Both the position numbers and the translations under genes were made by a program. 64,000 bases of DNA. Source: Vitrella brassicaformis CCMP3155 (taxonomy: Eukaryota; Protista; Chromerida). Below the pieces are notes generated by a model that was not told the DNA's origin, did not search any database, and worked only from the letters and a program-made list of their open reading frames with translations. The stretch is taken from assembly GCA_001179505.1 (NCBI GenBank), contig CDMY01000370.1, positions 1 through 64,000 on the forward strand, written 5' to 3'. Positions 50,851 through 63,298 of this stretch are shown piece by piece (position 1 is the stretch's first letter; each line of letters starts with the position of its first letter).

Positions 50851-52967
50851 CTACCACACAGACAGCTGCAGTAGAGATGGCAACATGGACACAGTGGAGC
50901 TTGCTGCGTACGTACCTTCGGGCATGGATGGAATGGTGACACGGATGAAGGCTGGATGGTCCGGACGGAGAGAGGCGGGCAGCAGCGCGGTCTCCAGCAA
51001 CTGCACCAGCCACTCGCGGACGCGGGTCGCCCCGCGTTTCAGCCGATATTGCGGGTCTGGATTGATCAGCTCGAAGAGGATCGTCTTGGCCGCCTCGCGC
51101 ATGGACTGGTCCCTGATGAGGGTCTCGATGTCAGGCTCGGGAGGGTCGGTCTTCTTGGGCATGACCGCGATGCTGAAGTACTGGCGAAGCATCTCGACGT
51201 AGGCGGCAACCTTCTCGGGTCCGCCGTCAGTGCACAGCCGGACAGCCTCGAAGGACTGCTTCTCGGCCTCGAGTGCAGAGACGATCGTCTCAGGAATCGT
51301 CAGCTCCTCCGGCAGCCGCGCGATGCGACGAACGACTAGACCCCTGCCCACCAACGCCGCCGCCCCCTGCCCGCCAAACCAGCACCGTTCGCCCTCGTCG
51401 GGCACCACCTTGATCGTCTGGCCGATGGTGCCCTCTCTCTCGCTCTTGCGATACACGTGTATCAGGTACAGGTGTAGCAGATCGACGTCGATGTTCCACT
51501 TGACTAATGCCGAGCCATCGCGCCAGAGAGGCTTGCCCGTCAGAAAACTCAAGCTATACAGGGCTGACGACCAGTGATCAGACGCTTGATCAGGTCCGTC
51601 CATCCCAAGATCGTGCCGCACCAACTCCCGCAGACAGCTGTGGTGCTGAGGATCGTGCACAGAAGCGATGGGTTCCAGCTGCCGCAGGTACTCTCGTGCA
51701 CGCTGATCCTCCACGAAAGACTCCCACTGGCCGTTCACACGCTTCACCTTCTCCATCAGCTTGGCGATGAATTGATGGTCCGGCGCCATTGAGTAGGCCC
51801 TGCCCTGAGGATCGAAGTTGGTCCTCTGCTGCATGCCGGTGCAGTCGATGCGTGTGAGGGATAAGACGAAGAGCTTGGTCTTATCATCTTCATCGTCCTC
51901 GCTGACTGCGTTGACCCAGCCTGTCGGCTCTGAGTCGGCGGCAGATGCGGAGGGGCCAGTGGGAGAGGGATCCGCGGGCTCTGGAGAGAATGGCGATGTC
52001 AGCTCCCTCCGAACCACCTGTCGGAGCTGGTTGCCGAGCCAGCCGCACAAACGGGCCACAAACGACTCACCGGGCTGAGCGACAAAGCCACGCATGTGTG
52101 GGACGCCCGCTGGCTGCGTGTCTTTCTTCCCTCTCTCTCTTACCGCATCTTCTCGGCCCGAATGAAGACAAGAATACTGGAAGGTGAAGGGAAAGCTGCA
52201 GGCCTGAATGGAAATGAGGATACTGGAAACGAACAGCAACATACGCGATTGAGTGAGGTGATATCGTGTGCTTTCTGTCCTGTTTGTTGTGTTGCTCACT
52301 TTGGGCCGTTGTCATCGGACGAATAATACAGCCCCAGGCGCTGTTTGAGCTTATCGTAGAGGTCCTCGATCCTCTGCCCGGGCCCAGTATGCTGATGCAG
52401 AAAGTCCCACAGGTCCTTCTCGGGCGGCACCCTCGCCGCATGCATGACCGCTGCCTTGTCCATGGCGTCGAGGACGCCGTAGATCTCAGCGAAGTCCCGC
52501 GCCTCCTTCGGCACGCCAAGCGCATCCATGCACTCCTCCACCTCGTGACGGCTGCTGGCATCCAGATGTCTGCCCGTCTCCTCTCTCAGCTGCTGCAGCT
52601 TGACGACTTGCTGCTGTGACAAAGTGCCGGGCAAGGCGGCATTGTGCGCATACTCGACGGCGGATGACGGGCCGTCAGGTAAGAACTTGACGCGCGATGA
52701 TGCCAGTTGTCGGAAGAGTGGGTTGGGAGAAAAGCCGCCATCGGCCGTCGGTATGTCAATGCTGGCCGCTTGATGCATCCGGAAGGGTGCGTAGGGAGCG
52801 CCTCCATGACGGGCCGGCAGCTGAAAGACCTTGAAGTGGCGATCAGACGTCATCCTTCGGTCCTCTGCGCAGTCCCGACAGGCACCAAGGGCCAGCGCAA
52901 AGGCTCTGAAGGCACAGCAGCAGGGACGACCCACCAAAAGGAGTGCACACACCACGCGCCTTTGCAT
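50851..52967 (-). CDS. Probable two-exon secreted protein: N-terminal module (52300..52967) spliced to a long exon with kinase C-lobe-like motifs
   Basis: Hydrophobic leader MQRRVVCALLLVG; donor aa|gtgagc near 52298 and phase-compatible acceptor ttccag|t near 52224 fuse ORFs 52296..52967 and 50851..52299; DHWSSALYSLSFLTGKPLW and ELINPDPQYRL. Confidence 0.55.
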
Positions 52968-54030
52968 CGCGACTGACCTTCAATGAGCGATGCAGGATGC
53001 AGCGATGCCCGAATGCGATTCGTTCTTCCAAGGAGCGAGTGCAACTGAAGCAGGAACATGGTGTTCGTTTGTGACCCTCTTCGTCCTTCAGTACTGCTCT
53101 TTCCTGACCTGTGTATGCTAGATCTCGCAGACCATCTCGCCTGTGCCGCTACACCCGTACCCCCGCTTCGCCTGACGGAGAGAAAATTGAAGCAATCGAG
53201 AGAGACTGCGATCTTGCCTGGAGCCCCCTGGGGGCTCCGAGTCTCACCGCAAAATGATGTCAAATTCCGCCGCCGCAGCAGCTGGCGCCTCCCGCAAGTC
53301 GTTGGCCGCTCGTGCCTGCGCCTGGTTGAGTAGACGGTTTGCCCTCGCCCTCCAGGCGCAGGCCGAGCTCAAATGCGAGGAGGCCACGATGGATGTTGAT
53401 GAGGAGACAGACTTCGTCTTCGTTGAGAACAGCAGGTGAGCCGAGAAAGGCCACAAATGAGGCGACAATACCTCGAGCTCTTGTTCGTATTCGTGTGGGT
53501 CTTCTTGTCTTCAGCAATCCTCGGTCCACCGGAACCCCGCCCGACTCGGCCCCTGTCTCCTCGCCGCCCTCCCCGCCCTCCCCATCCCCGCACTCTCCCT
53601 CCCCGCCCTCTCCCTGCCCCATCTCGCCGAGCCATCCATGCCCTCCCCCTGCCCTCACTCCGGCCGCCATCGGGCCGGCACTTGGGCGCCCCATCAGCAC
53701 CAACATTGCCTGGGTGACTTTTCATGAGGCGGTGGTGCTGACTGACGCGGGGGAGCACAGGGAGGAGCTGGCTCTGAAAACGCCCCGACCCAACCCGGAG
53801 GCCGAGTACAGTGTGGCCCATGAAGGGTTTATGCTGCATAGCCAGATGATGGCCTGGCAGCACCACAAGGGGCTACAGGCAAGGCTGAAGGAGACGCTTG
53901 AGACGGAGGCGAGGTTGGAGAGGATGTGCCAGCGTGCGGCCCTTGGAGGGCACGACACTGAGGATGAGTGGTTTTTACTGATGTAAATTGTGAGCCGGTA
54001 AGAAAGAAATATGACAACCCAATTGTGACA
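52281..54030. repeat. Segmental direct duplication, copy 1 (partners 58786..59435 and 62190..62845)
   Basis: 52281..52925 is near-identical to 58786..59435, and 53370..54030 to 62190..62845. Confidence 0.92.
53254..53986 (+). CDS. Hypothetical Pro-rich protein, 2 exons
   Basis: MMSNSAAAAAG...DEETDFVFVENS|NPRSTGTPPDSAP...AWVTFHEAVVLTDAGEH...EWFLLM*; paralogue at 62190..62797 conserves the frame. Confidence 0.6.
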
Positions 54031-54059
54031 TCAGTGACGGCTGATGCTCTGAGACTGTC

Positions 54060-56400
54060 GTGGGCATTAGGGGATATGACGCGTGGCGATACATGTTCTA
54101 CACGGTTGTGGCCAGGACAGCGCCTCTTGTGGGCCAGGGCAGCCTCGGTCTTCATGCGGCCATGGAGCTCCTCCGCACAAACGCCTTATTCCGCGTCATG
54201 AATGAGGATTTCTTTCATGCCGTCATGACGCGCCTCACCAGCGAGCTACGTAAGGCACTCAAGGCGGCTATCCGGTGGCCTTTCTGTTGCTGGCATGTGC
54301 GGACCTGGTGTTCAATCTGTCCAAGATGCTGGGCAAGGGAGCCAGTCTGAGGAAGAGGATGGTCAAGGGTTTGAGGGAGATGGCCGAGCTGGTTGGCGAG
54401 TCGGTGCCATTGCTGTCTCATCTGGGGCTACGGGCGGCTGCGTATCGCACCTGAGAAGCTCTTCCAGGCCACGGTGAGACTGACGTTCGATGAATAAATA
54501 CTTGTGTGTGTTCTGTTTTCACTGTCTTTGTGTGTGTGTGTGTGTGTGTGTCCAGCAAGAGGAGGGAGGCGAGGTGCTGGAGTGGCTCGAGCAGACCGGC
54601 ACATCGCTGGCCGGTGGGTACGGTGAGGCAGACGTGGGCTTGCAGGAGCTCATGATGGTCCTCACGGGGCTGCTGAAGGTCAGGTGGCGCAATGACTCCA
54701 TACGAAGGTGAGTAGAGAACGAGATCTTGATATCGAAATGGTGCCTCGATTCATCCATGGTTACTGTGATGTGTTTGCAGTGACAAACGACATGGTTGAG
54801 CGATGCCTGTACCGCGGAGACCACATCGACCCCCGGGCCCTCCCTCACCAAGTTCCGCTATCCCGTGCAGCCACTTTTATCCACCATCGACCAGGCCCTC
54901 GCATACAGCACATCGTCATCGCATCACAGCCCCTACGGCACGGCTCTCCCTCCCCTCTCGCTGTGTGACTATTCGGATCAGGCACTCGCCAACTTGGAAT
55001 ACGCGGTGGCCAAGGGCACGGACACACTGGTCGGCTTCAGTCGCCGGTGGATCGGCAGCAGGCGGTTGAGCGATATGCTGAGTGGGTGGATGGGGAGGCA
55101 CTATGGGCCAGTGGGGTGGGGAGGACTCACCGGGGCGTGGCACGTGATGAGATGGGAGACGATCAAGTCTGCTCGGATGACGACGACGAGACAGAGGACG
55201 AAGAGGTGTGGCTCATGCAAGGAGAGGAGATCGGTGTCGTCCGGGAAGACCCCCAAGGAGGCCGCCGCGAGACGACACCGAGGTGTTTCTCGATGGATCC
55301 ATCCCGTCAGCCCCGCCCCATCCCCACACCACTCATCTCTATGCGCTACCTGAGCAAGATATGGAGCCAATCCAGGGCAACATCCTCAGCGTGATCCTGT
55401 ACAGCATGTCAGAGGCCCACATCGACCCTCACTTCTGCCAACGAGCCCTCGCAGCCCTCAGCCACCCACGGATCCTCCACACACTCACGCCGGTCGACAT
55501 TGCATGTCTACTCCGGGCGCTGGCGGCCATGCGGTTCCACAGCCTCTCTTTCCTCGACGGTGGAAACCGCAACAAGTGTCGGGTGAAACCCGCAACATGT
55601 TGCACCGGGCCAGATGCGGTTTCGCCACGAGGGGCTGCTGTCGGCGTTGGTGCTCGTGTTGGCTGAGAAGCTGCGGGAGTGTGGGCACCAAAGGCTGACG
55701 GTGATAGCGAGAGGGCTGCAATCCCTCAGGTACGGGCCAGCGGCCTTTGTCAACGCTCACGGCAACATTTTCACGCCCTGGTAAGCAGCGACGGACTGCG
55801 CATATTTGACGACGACCATGAATGGTACGTCGTCTCGTTGGCTGTGATCCACAGTTCCATGGCGAAGCTGGACTTGCCAGCTGTGGAGTGCCTCCTCGAC
55901 TACCTTTCCACCATATCCCACCCAGTTCGACACAAAGCTTCTTTCACCAGCGGGGGTCTTCAGTGGATCCGATCCACCTACAACGACTGGTGCTGCAGGA
56001 GGCTGCAGATCAACTGTACATGAGCCGACACCAGTACAGGTGCAGGGGTCTCTGACTGGACGAACACGCCTCCGTCGTCGGCCCCAGCTGCGAGAATACG
56101 CGCATGACACAACCAGAGCAGCAGGGAAGGCCCCAAGAGCTCGCCAATGAAGAGGCGCTTAGCGAAGATATCCGCAGCGAAGAGATTCACGGCAGCGAGT
56201 ACCTTGTGGACCTTGGCCTTCATGTCAAATTGATGGCTTCCGGGGCGCCTGTCGTCATGTGGCGTCACAGCCGACCTTCACTCTGCTGGACATCACTGAA
56301 GAGGGGGGACCGCCACTGAGGGCAGAGGAGATGGCCGTCCAGGCGATGACGACGGAGTTCGAGAAAGCTGCCGGTGAGCCAAATGAAGAAGTCGAAGGGC
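54060..56400 (+). CDS. Multi-exon helical-repeat protein (OPR/HPR/RAP-like organellar RNA-binding type, tentative)
   Basis: Repeat-like helices LTPVDIACLLRALAAMRF, MRFRHEGLLSALVLVLAEKL, LTVIARGLQSL, LAVIHSSMAKL; RAP-like EEIHGSEYLVDL; exon structure not fully resolved. Confidence 0.45.
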
Positions 56401-56577
56401 ACACAGCACATCCGTCTCTATTGCATTGATTCAGGATACCCGGCGGCATTTGAGAATCGCGTCTCGTCTATGAGGACACTGTCATAGTGGATAATAGAGA
56501 GACAAGCCAAGTGCGCGAGGTGCTGGTTGGCACTCATTTTTCACCTGAGTCATTCATAAGGTCATTGCGGCACACAA

Positions 56578-57721
56578 GTGCTCTTTGCCCTTATTCTCGC
56601 GCTGCCGCTGGTCTTGGCGGTGCCCCTGGTGTGGAAGACTTGCGAGTCCAACATGGCCATCGCGTTTGATTATGCAAGAATTGTCATCGGCTGCTTGGCA
56701 TTCATTCTGTTGTTCGTGGCGCTGGTTGAGGGGTGCCGCCCATGTGGAATGCTCCGGCGCATCCGCCAGTTTTGGGTTCCTTTTGTGATAGGCGTAGTGG
56801 CCTATACTACCTCGCAGACCCTGGCGAGATACCCTCAGCTGAAACCTTTGATGGCGACCGTGAATGGCCTTTGTCGCAAGATGCGGGACGGCCCTCCTCT
56901 TTCAACTTCGCGATTATCTTCCCCATCATTGTTGGCTCGCTGATAGTACCGCGCTTCCTCCAAGTGAGGATAATGACTTCTCAACACATGGATGTTGAGA
57001 CATTCCCTCTGTGCAGGCTGAAATGACTGCCCTCTGCTACAAAATCAAGTCGTCTCTGCTGTTCGCCCTCTACGATCTCCTTGGCGATCTGGCGGTGCCC
57101 TATGCTGACATGCTCCATGTCAATGCCATCCGGATCTGCACACGTATCCGCGACGGCCGCTGGCCCAAAGCGGGAGACACGGTTGGCATCCATGGCCTTT
57201 CCGAGACTTCAGGCAGCAGCGAGACAACCCGCACACGGGCAACGAGAAGGAAGGGAGCAGCGTTATTCATCAAACGAGCCGGCAGTGAGATCTATCAGAG
57301 TGTGATGCGGGCAGGCCGCATGCGGTCGACAACAAGCGGGCTATCATCCATGGCGTCCGTGGTCGATCCGCAGAGCAACTTTATGGCGTATGACGTCCGT
57401 CCGAGGTACCTTCGGGCGTTGGCGGACCAAACTCATGCCTACAACCAAGCCGTCATGAATCTGTCGTTGATGCAGTGGCCTGAAAAACGGGTCCCTCAAC
57501 GTGTGCTTCGTCAATTCCATCGTCCAGCTGATGGTCCACTCGCTGCGCCTCATCGGTACCTCACCCGGACACAGAGCGCATGAATATGCACACATGGCGA
57601 CCTTTGTGTCTGTTCCGTGTTGCTGTGCGTAAGTGATGTGTTTCAGAGCCTGTCCGAGTATCTCACGTCGGTTTTCCCAGATGTAGAGCCGCTTCTTGCC
57701 AACTACGCATGCCCGACGTGA
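56578..57721 (+). CDS. Hypothetical multi-pass membrane protein (frame break near 56870)
   Basis: Several hydrophobic segments (LFALILALPLVLAVPLVW; IVIGCLAFILLFVALV; FWVPFVIGVVAY; FAIIFPIIVGSLIV) followed by further exons. Confidence 0.4.
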
Positions 57722-58037
57722 CGACTGTGTGTGGGGGTCGCACCCTCACGCGAGCGCCCTTCCATGCTTCGCGCGAGTAAGATGTATTGGCATTGAAGAT
57801 GGAGCAAGATGCTTGAATGAAGGTCTGAACATCACATCAACGCAGTGGCACGTAGAATTCCAAGGGAACTAAGACCATTCAGGAGAGAAAACACCTGAGG
57901 ATCAGAAGCTCAAACGCTATGGCAACAGGCAGCGACAGAGCCACAGTAGTCTTCGCATCAACAGAGACACACGACAGACACGCATTCCAGACAGCACTGC
58001 TTCTGTCAAAGGCCAGCAGCAGAAGGAAAACAGTGCG

Positions 58038-59435
58038 TTACACACGCATGAAGACGACAGCAAAAAGGCACTCCTTGAGGAGCCTTTTGTGTGGCTCTCC
58101 GCTGGCAGCCATGTCATGGGCTATCGTGTGCGCGACGTCCTTCAAAATCCTGAACACATCCACATGGGAGGATACATATGGACTGGCACTTTCTGCCGTT
58201 GCTTTGGCCCCGTCCGCACGTTCAACAGAGATGACAACACACGCGGTCAGAGAGAGAGAGAGAGAGAGAGAGACAGGCGCGCGTGTGTGTGTACGTGTGT
58301 GTGTGGGTGAGTCTCAATGACATACGAGGAGCTCTCGCTGTCCGACGCCCTGTGACAGACCCTCTGGGAAGCTGCAGAAGCCGCATAAAAGAGACATGCG
58401 CTGATCAAGTATGCCTCCACCTTCAGCAATATAAAATGTAAGCAGCGATGAAAGTTGAAAGCACAAATGACAAATAAGTGTGTGGACCCCTCAGTGAATC
58501 GATGTGCGTGTGTGTCTGTTTTCTGTGAGTCTGGGTCTTCTATGGATACCAGCCGTTGCTGCATGTCTAGCAACTGCCGTTGGGGCCTTTGAAATGGCCG
58601 CCCTGGACTCGGCCTTGTTCTCGAACAGCCCTTCCCGGCACGAGGCGAAATCATCCTCCGCACCCTCCCGTCGCTGCTGCCGTCCCTGCCCAGAGAGACC
58701 ATCCGCAAGCACCAGAAGCACCCGGAGGACCTCACGCACCAACTCGTCGAGCAGAACCCCACCCAACTCATCAAGAAGTCTGCCCGTTTGTTGTGTTGTG
58801 TTGTGTTGCTTACTTTGGGCCATTGTCATCGGACGAATAATACAGCCCCAGGCGCTGTTTGAGCCTATCGTAGAGGTCCTCGATCCTCTGCCGGGCCCCG
58901 TATGCTGATGCAGAAAGTCCCACAGGTCCTTCTCGGGCGGCACCCTCGCCGCATGCATGACCGCTGCCTTGTCCATGGCGTCGAGGACGCCGTAGATCTC
59001 AGCGAAGTCCCGCGCCTCCTTCGGCACGCCAAGCGCATCCATGCACTCCTCCACCTCGTGACGGCTGCTGGCATCCAGTGCCGTCTCCTCTCTCAGCTGC
59101 TGCAGCTTGACGACTTGCTGCTGTGACAAAGTGCCGGGCAAGGCGGCATTGTGCGCATACTCGACGGCGGATGACGGGCCGTCAGGTAAGAACTTGACGC
59201 CCGATGATGCCAGTTGTCGGAAGAGTGGGTTGGGAGAAAAGCCGCCATCGGCCGTCGGTATGTCAATGCTGGCCGCTTGATGCATCCGGAAGGGTGCGTA
59301 GGGAGCGCCTCCATGACGGGCCGGCAGCTGAAAGACCTTGAGCTGACGATCAGACACTCATGCTGCGGTCCTCTGCGCAGTCCCGAGAAGCACATAGGGC
59401 CAGCTCAAAGGCTCTGCAGGCCACAGCAGCAGGGG
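58038..59435 (-). pseudogene. Frameshifted paralogue of the 52300..52967 exon, joined to different downstream exons
   Basis: Relative to copy 1: +1 insertions near 59360 and 59390, a 6-nt deletion near 59080 and a 1-nt deletion near 58895; donor aa|gtaagc leads to LLDELGGVLLDELVREVLRVLL... Confidence 0.7.
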
Positions 59436-59824
59436 TGCAACTGACAAATTAAGTCCCGCTGCTGCAGGGGTCGGGCAAGGTGGCATTCCACCTACTCGGG
59501 ATGCGCGGATCCGTAAACTCGTCGATAAATCTTTCGCGTCTCCGTCTCAAATGTTTTCTCGGAGAAAAAGAAACCCACGGGCGTTCTTGCCCGTAAGTCG
59601 GTTAATTCGCTTTCTTTGCAATCGGACTTATTTTAATCTGAAACGGACTTTTGCGTGCCAACTGACGATCGAACTCATCGATGACTGAACGTATAAACGC
59701 ACAATGCACTCACGCAAGGAACATGAATGCGATGAGTCATCTACATGTATGCACACGCACATGGAAATGAGTCAGTCAGGAGGGGCTTGACACGCTATCT
59801 ACACCTACTCCTCGCCACACCATC

Positions 59825-61724
59825 TCACCCCTCCTCAGCCTCGATATCCACGTTGACATCGCCCTCTGCTTGTGCTGCTTCTGCTGCTGCTGCTGCTCCA
59901 CGTGATGCTGCTGCGGCTCCACGTGATGGTGCTGCTCCTGCTCCGCTCCTGCCTCTCCCCCTGTTAGCGCCGCCCCTGCCCCGATTCCTTCGCTGGGCCC
60001 CTTGCTGCTTAGCTGCGGCGGCCTTGGGCACACCCTTGTCGTCCATATCCTCGTCCATCTGCCCACCGTTGTACCGCAGCAAATCGGCGCCCTCTGAGTG
60101 CTGGCTGCCCTGAATGGCCGACTGCTGGAGCGACGAAAGGCCAGAAACGCTCACCTGACACACAAACACACACACACACACACACACATGCACACATCCA
60201 TTTACGCCGTGCACCCACCTCTCCCTGTGCTCCTTCCTCACCGCATTGCGTTTCGACGCCGCCTTGGGCTTTTGCTTGGCGAGTGCCTCGAGGCCCCCCT
60301 TTGTTCAGCAGCACTGACTCGGAGGGAGGCTCTCTCACAGAGGGAGCTGCTCCTTACACAGGGACTTCTGCTGCAGGGCGGTCCTGTGCATCTTCTTCTC
60401 GGCAGCGTACAACCGACCTGAACGGCGGACACAACAAGCAACGACAATGCAATGAACAGATGGCCTGAGGTGGGGTGGTGTTCGCCTCTCTGATGCCGCA
60501 GAGTGCTCCCGGTTTCATTTCTTCACTCATCGACCACCAGATACAGACGACCCAGGGTCAAACTGAGGGGGGTCTGTTTCGTCTGACCGCCGGCCCGGCG
60601 GACAGACGACATGTACCCCCTCTCGCGTGCTGGTAACTCAAGATCGGGATAGAATCCCACAAGATCGCCTCCAGACTCGCATAACCTTTCACACCTTTGC
60701 TGCGTCTCGCTCCATAGGATGATGACTAAGCCGTCAAAGGTCTCACGGGCTGCGCGAAAGAAAGGGTGTTGAATATCGGCATAAGGAAAGACACCCTTGC
60801 GCAGCGGTGGCCGATATGCCGTTAGTGAGGGCAGCTGGAAGTGGGAGAAGAAGGCTCGGGGGGACGCGATGTGCGTTGTGAGGCGCATGTCTCTCTCAGT
60901 GGTTTTCTCTTGTTTCTCGTTTCCGTTCCGGCACCAGTAGCAGTCCAATAGGCGAGAGAAGAAGAGCCCAATTCTCCAGTTGATTCCCCACCTGCCGGGC
61001 GGTCTCTTCTGTCTCGCCCTCAGCTTGTCGGCTTGGCTCATATTGGATTGGCTATCCAGCCATCTGTCAAATGCGGCGACGATGGTCTCAAGATTCTGGC
61101 CGCAGAATCTGTCGCCATCAGTGAGGATTGGCTCCCTTACGAAGGTGATGGGCTCGAGGAAGTGGGCAGTGGCCGCCGAGCCGGTTGTGAGAGCTTCGGC
61201 CGGGTCCTTAGCTGGCGGCTGCTGTCTCTCACCAAGCGACGGGACCTGCATCTCCTGCAGCAGCTGCAGGAGTTTTTCCAGCCCGTCGATCACACCAATA
61301 AGAGCGGCCTTCTCGTGATCCCTCGCGTTACGTCCACTCAGTAGCCGCTGATGTCCTTAGGATCAGTGACATTCACGCCACTCTCCACAGCCGCCTGCGC
61401 CACAGTTAGCTCATGTACATGGTGCAGCGGCCTGAGTGGAGGTGCAGATTCACAGCCGATAGGCATGGCTCCCAGCTCGTGCGTCTCCAGTTCTGAAGCA
61501 AGACGGCTGTGGAGCACTTCGTTTGTCAGGTAAGGTGGCGTTGGCCGTTCACCGGACGAGCCAAATGCTGCCAGGGTGTCTTGAGAACCGCAAAGGGGCG
61601 GCCATTGATCTTTTTCATCTATCGTGTCTCCAAAGACGCGTATCGGTGCCGATAGTCGCGAAGGTAGCGGTATGCGGATCTTGCAGGACGTCCGTTCCCT
61701 CAGTGATTCTGCCGTTGGGGCCAT
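59825..61724 (-). CDS. Hypothetical multi-exon protein with RG/RGG-rich low-complexity C-terminus
   Basis: ORFs 61338..61724 and 60523..61293; exons RLYAAEKKMHRTALQQKSL|WGLEALAKQKPKAASKRNA|..RRNRGRGGANRGRGRSG..DIEAEEG*; 5' junction unresolved. Confidence 0.5.
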
Positions 61725-61873
61725 AGTAACGAAAGTGATGGCGTGGCTAGTACCGTCGAGGACGAGGTGAAGGTTGAGTAGTTAAAGGAGTAGCGGGTGT
61801 CAGTCAAAGTGGCCTTGAAGCCTTCATAGGTCTCTCAGCGCCGGTCTCGCCCGATTCTCTTTCCTTCCCACCA

Positions 61874-62797
61874 TTGCCCGAGCAGCATAATGCCAATCGA
61901 CATGTGCTGCTCGACTGTGGCTATGGCTCGGGCAGCAGTTTCCTGTCCCTGACATGCATTCACAGAAACATTGCAAAAGCATTGCCTTCATTCATGTGCA
62001 GCGGTCCGCTTGCAGCAGACCTCGTCAGCTGCAGCCTCGCGAGATCTGAGCTCGCAAATCGTCAGCCCCCATTCGCACGGAGTAGTTGGTACGGCAATGT
62101 GGACGCCACGAGAGGAAAATCTCGCTTCTGTTGGGGTCCTCTCTTCTTTGCTGGCCCTGGAGGTCGTTCTTCTTCTTTGCTGGCCCTTCCGTGCGAGGAG
62201 GCCATGCTGAATGTGGATGAGGAGACCGATTTCATCGTGATAGAGAATAACAGGTGAGCTGAGAAAGGCCACAAATGAAGCGACAACATGCCTTGTTCGT
62301 ATTCGTGCGCGTCTTCTGTCAGCAACCCTTTTGGGTCCACCGCAACGCCGCCCGACTCGGCCCCTTTCTCCTCGCCGCCCTCCCCGCCCTCCCCATCCCC
62401 GCACTCTCCCTCCCCGCCCTCTCCCTGCCCCATCTCGCCGAGCCATCCATGCCCTCTCCCTGCCCTCACTCCGGCCGCCATCGGGCCGGCACTTGGGCGC
62501 GCCATCAGCACCAACATTGCATGGGTGACGTTTCATGAGGCGAAGGTGCTGACTGACGCGGGGGAGCACAGGGTGAAGCTGGCTCTGAAAACGCCCCGAC
62601 CCAACCCGGAGGCCGAGTACAGTGTGGCCCATGAAGGGTTTATGCTGTATAGCCAGATGAGGGCCTGGCAGCAGCACAAGGGGCTACAGGCAAGGCTGAA
62701 GGAGACACTCGAGAGGGAGGCGAGGTGGAAGAGGAGGTGGCAGCGTACGGCCCTTGGAGGGCACGGCACTGAAGACGGGTGGTTTTTGCTGATGTGA
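61874..62797 (+). CDS. Paralogue of 53254..53986 with a different 5' sequence
   Basis: ..CEEAMLNVDEETDFIVIENN|NPFGSTATPPDSAP...GWFLLM*; similarity to copy 1 starts only near 62190. Confidence 0.5.
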
Positions 62798-62998
62798 ATT
62801 GTGAGCCGGTAAGAAAGAAATATGACAACCCAATGGTGACAACCTGAGTATAGTGTCCGTGTGTGCCGGGTGCCGAACAGGCCCATGTGGCTGTTGTCCG
62901 CTCCATCAGCGCATTGTACGGGCCAGGGGGGTGACGACGACGACGATGACGATGAGTGCCCTTTTCGTTGCTGAGAGAGGGGGGGGGGGGGGGGGGGG

Positions 62999-63298
62999 NN
63001 NNNNNNNNNNNNNNNNNNNNNNNNNNNNNNNNNNNNNNNNNNNNNNNNNNNNNNNNNNNNNNNNNNNNNNNNNNNNNNNNNNNNNNNNNNNNNNNNNNNN
63101 NNNNNNNNNNNNNNNNNNNNNNNNNNNNNNNNNNNNNNNNNNNNNNNNNNNNNNNNNNNNNNNNNNNNNNNNNNNNNNNNNNNNNNNNNNNNNNNNNNNN
63201 NNNNNNNNNNNNNNNNNNNNNNNNNNNNNNNNNNNNNNNNNNNNNNNNNNNNNNNNNNNNNNNNNNNNNNNNNNNNNNNNNNNNNNNNNNNNNNNNNN
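62999..63298. other. Assembly gap (300 N) flanked by poly-G
   Basis: Run of N; ORFs spanning it are artefacts. Confidence 0.99.

Noticed and set aside
52200-52242. Apparent signal peptide MLLFVSSILISIQAC at the start of ORF 50851..52299
   Set aside because: More likely the translated polypyrimidine tract and acceptor of the intron from the upstream exon
55480-56110. In-frame TGA codons suggesting readthrough or selenocysteine
   Set aside because: Explained by short introns and frame changes; no SECIS-like element identified
59460-59700. AT-richer, repeat-free stretch considered as ncRNA/snoRNA
   Set aside because: No convincing C/D or H/ACA boxes or stem; more consistent with promoter/intergenic DNA
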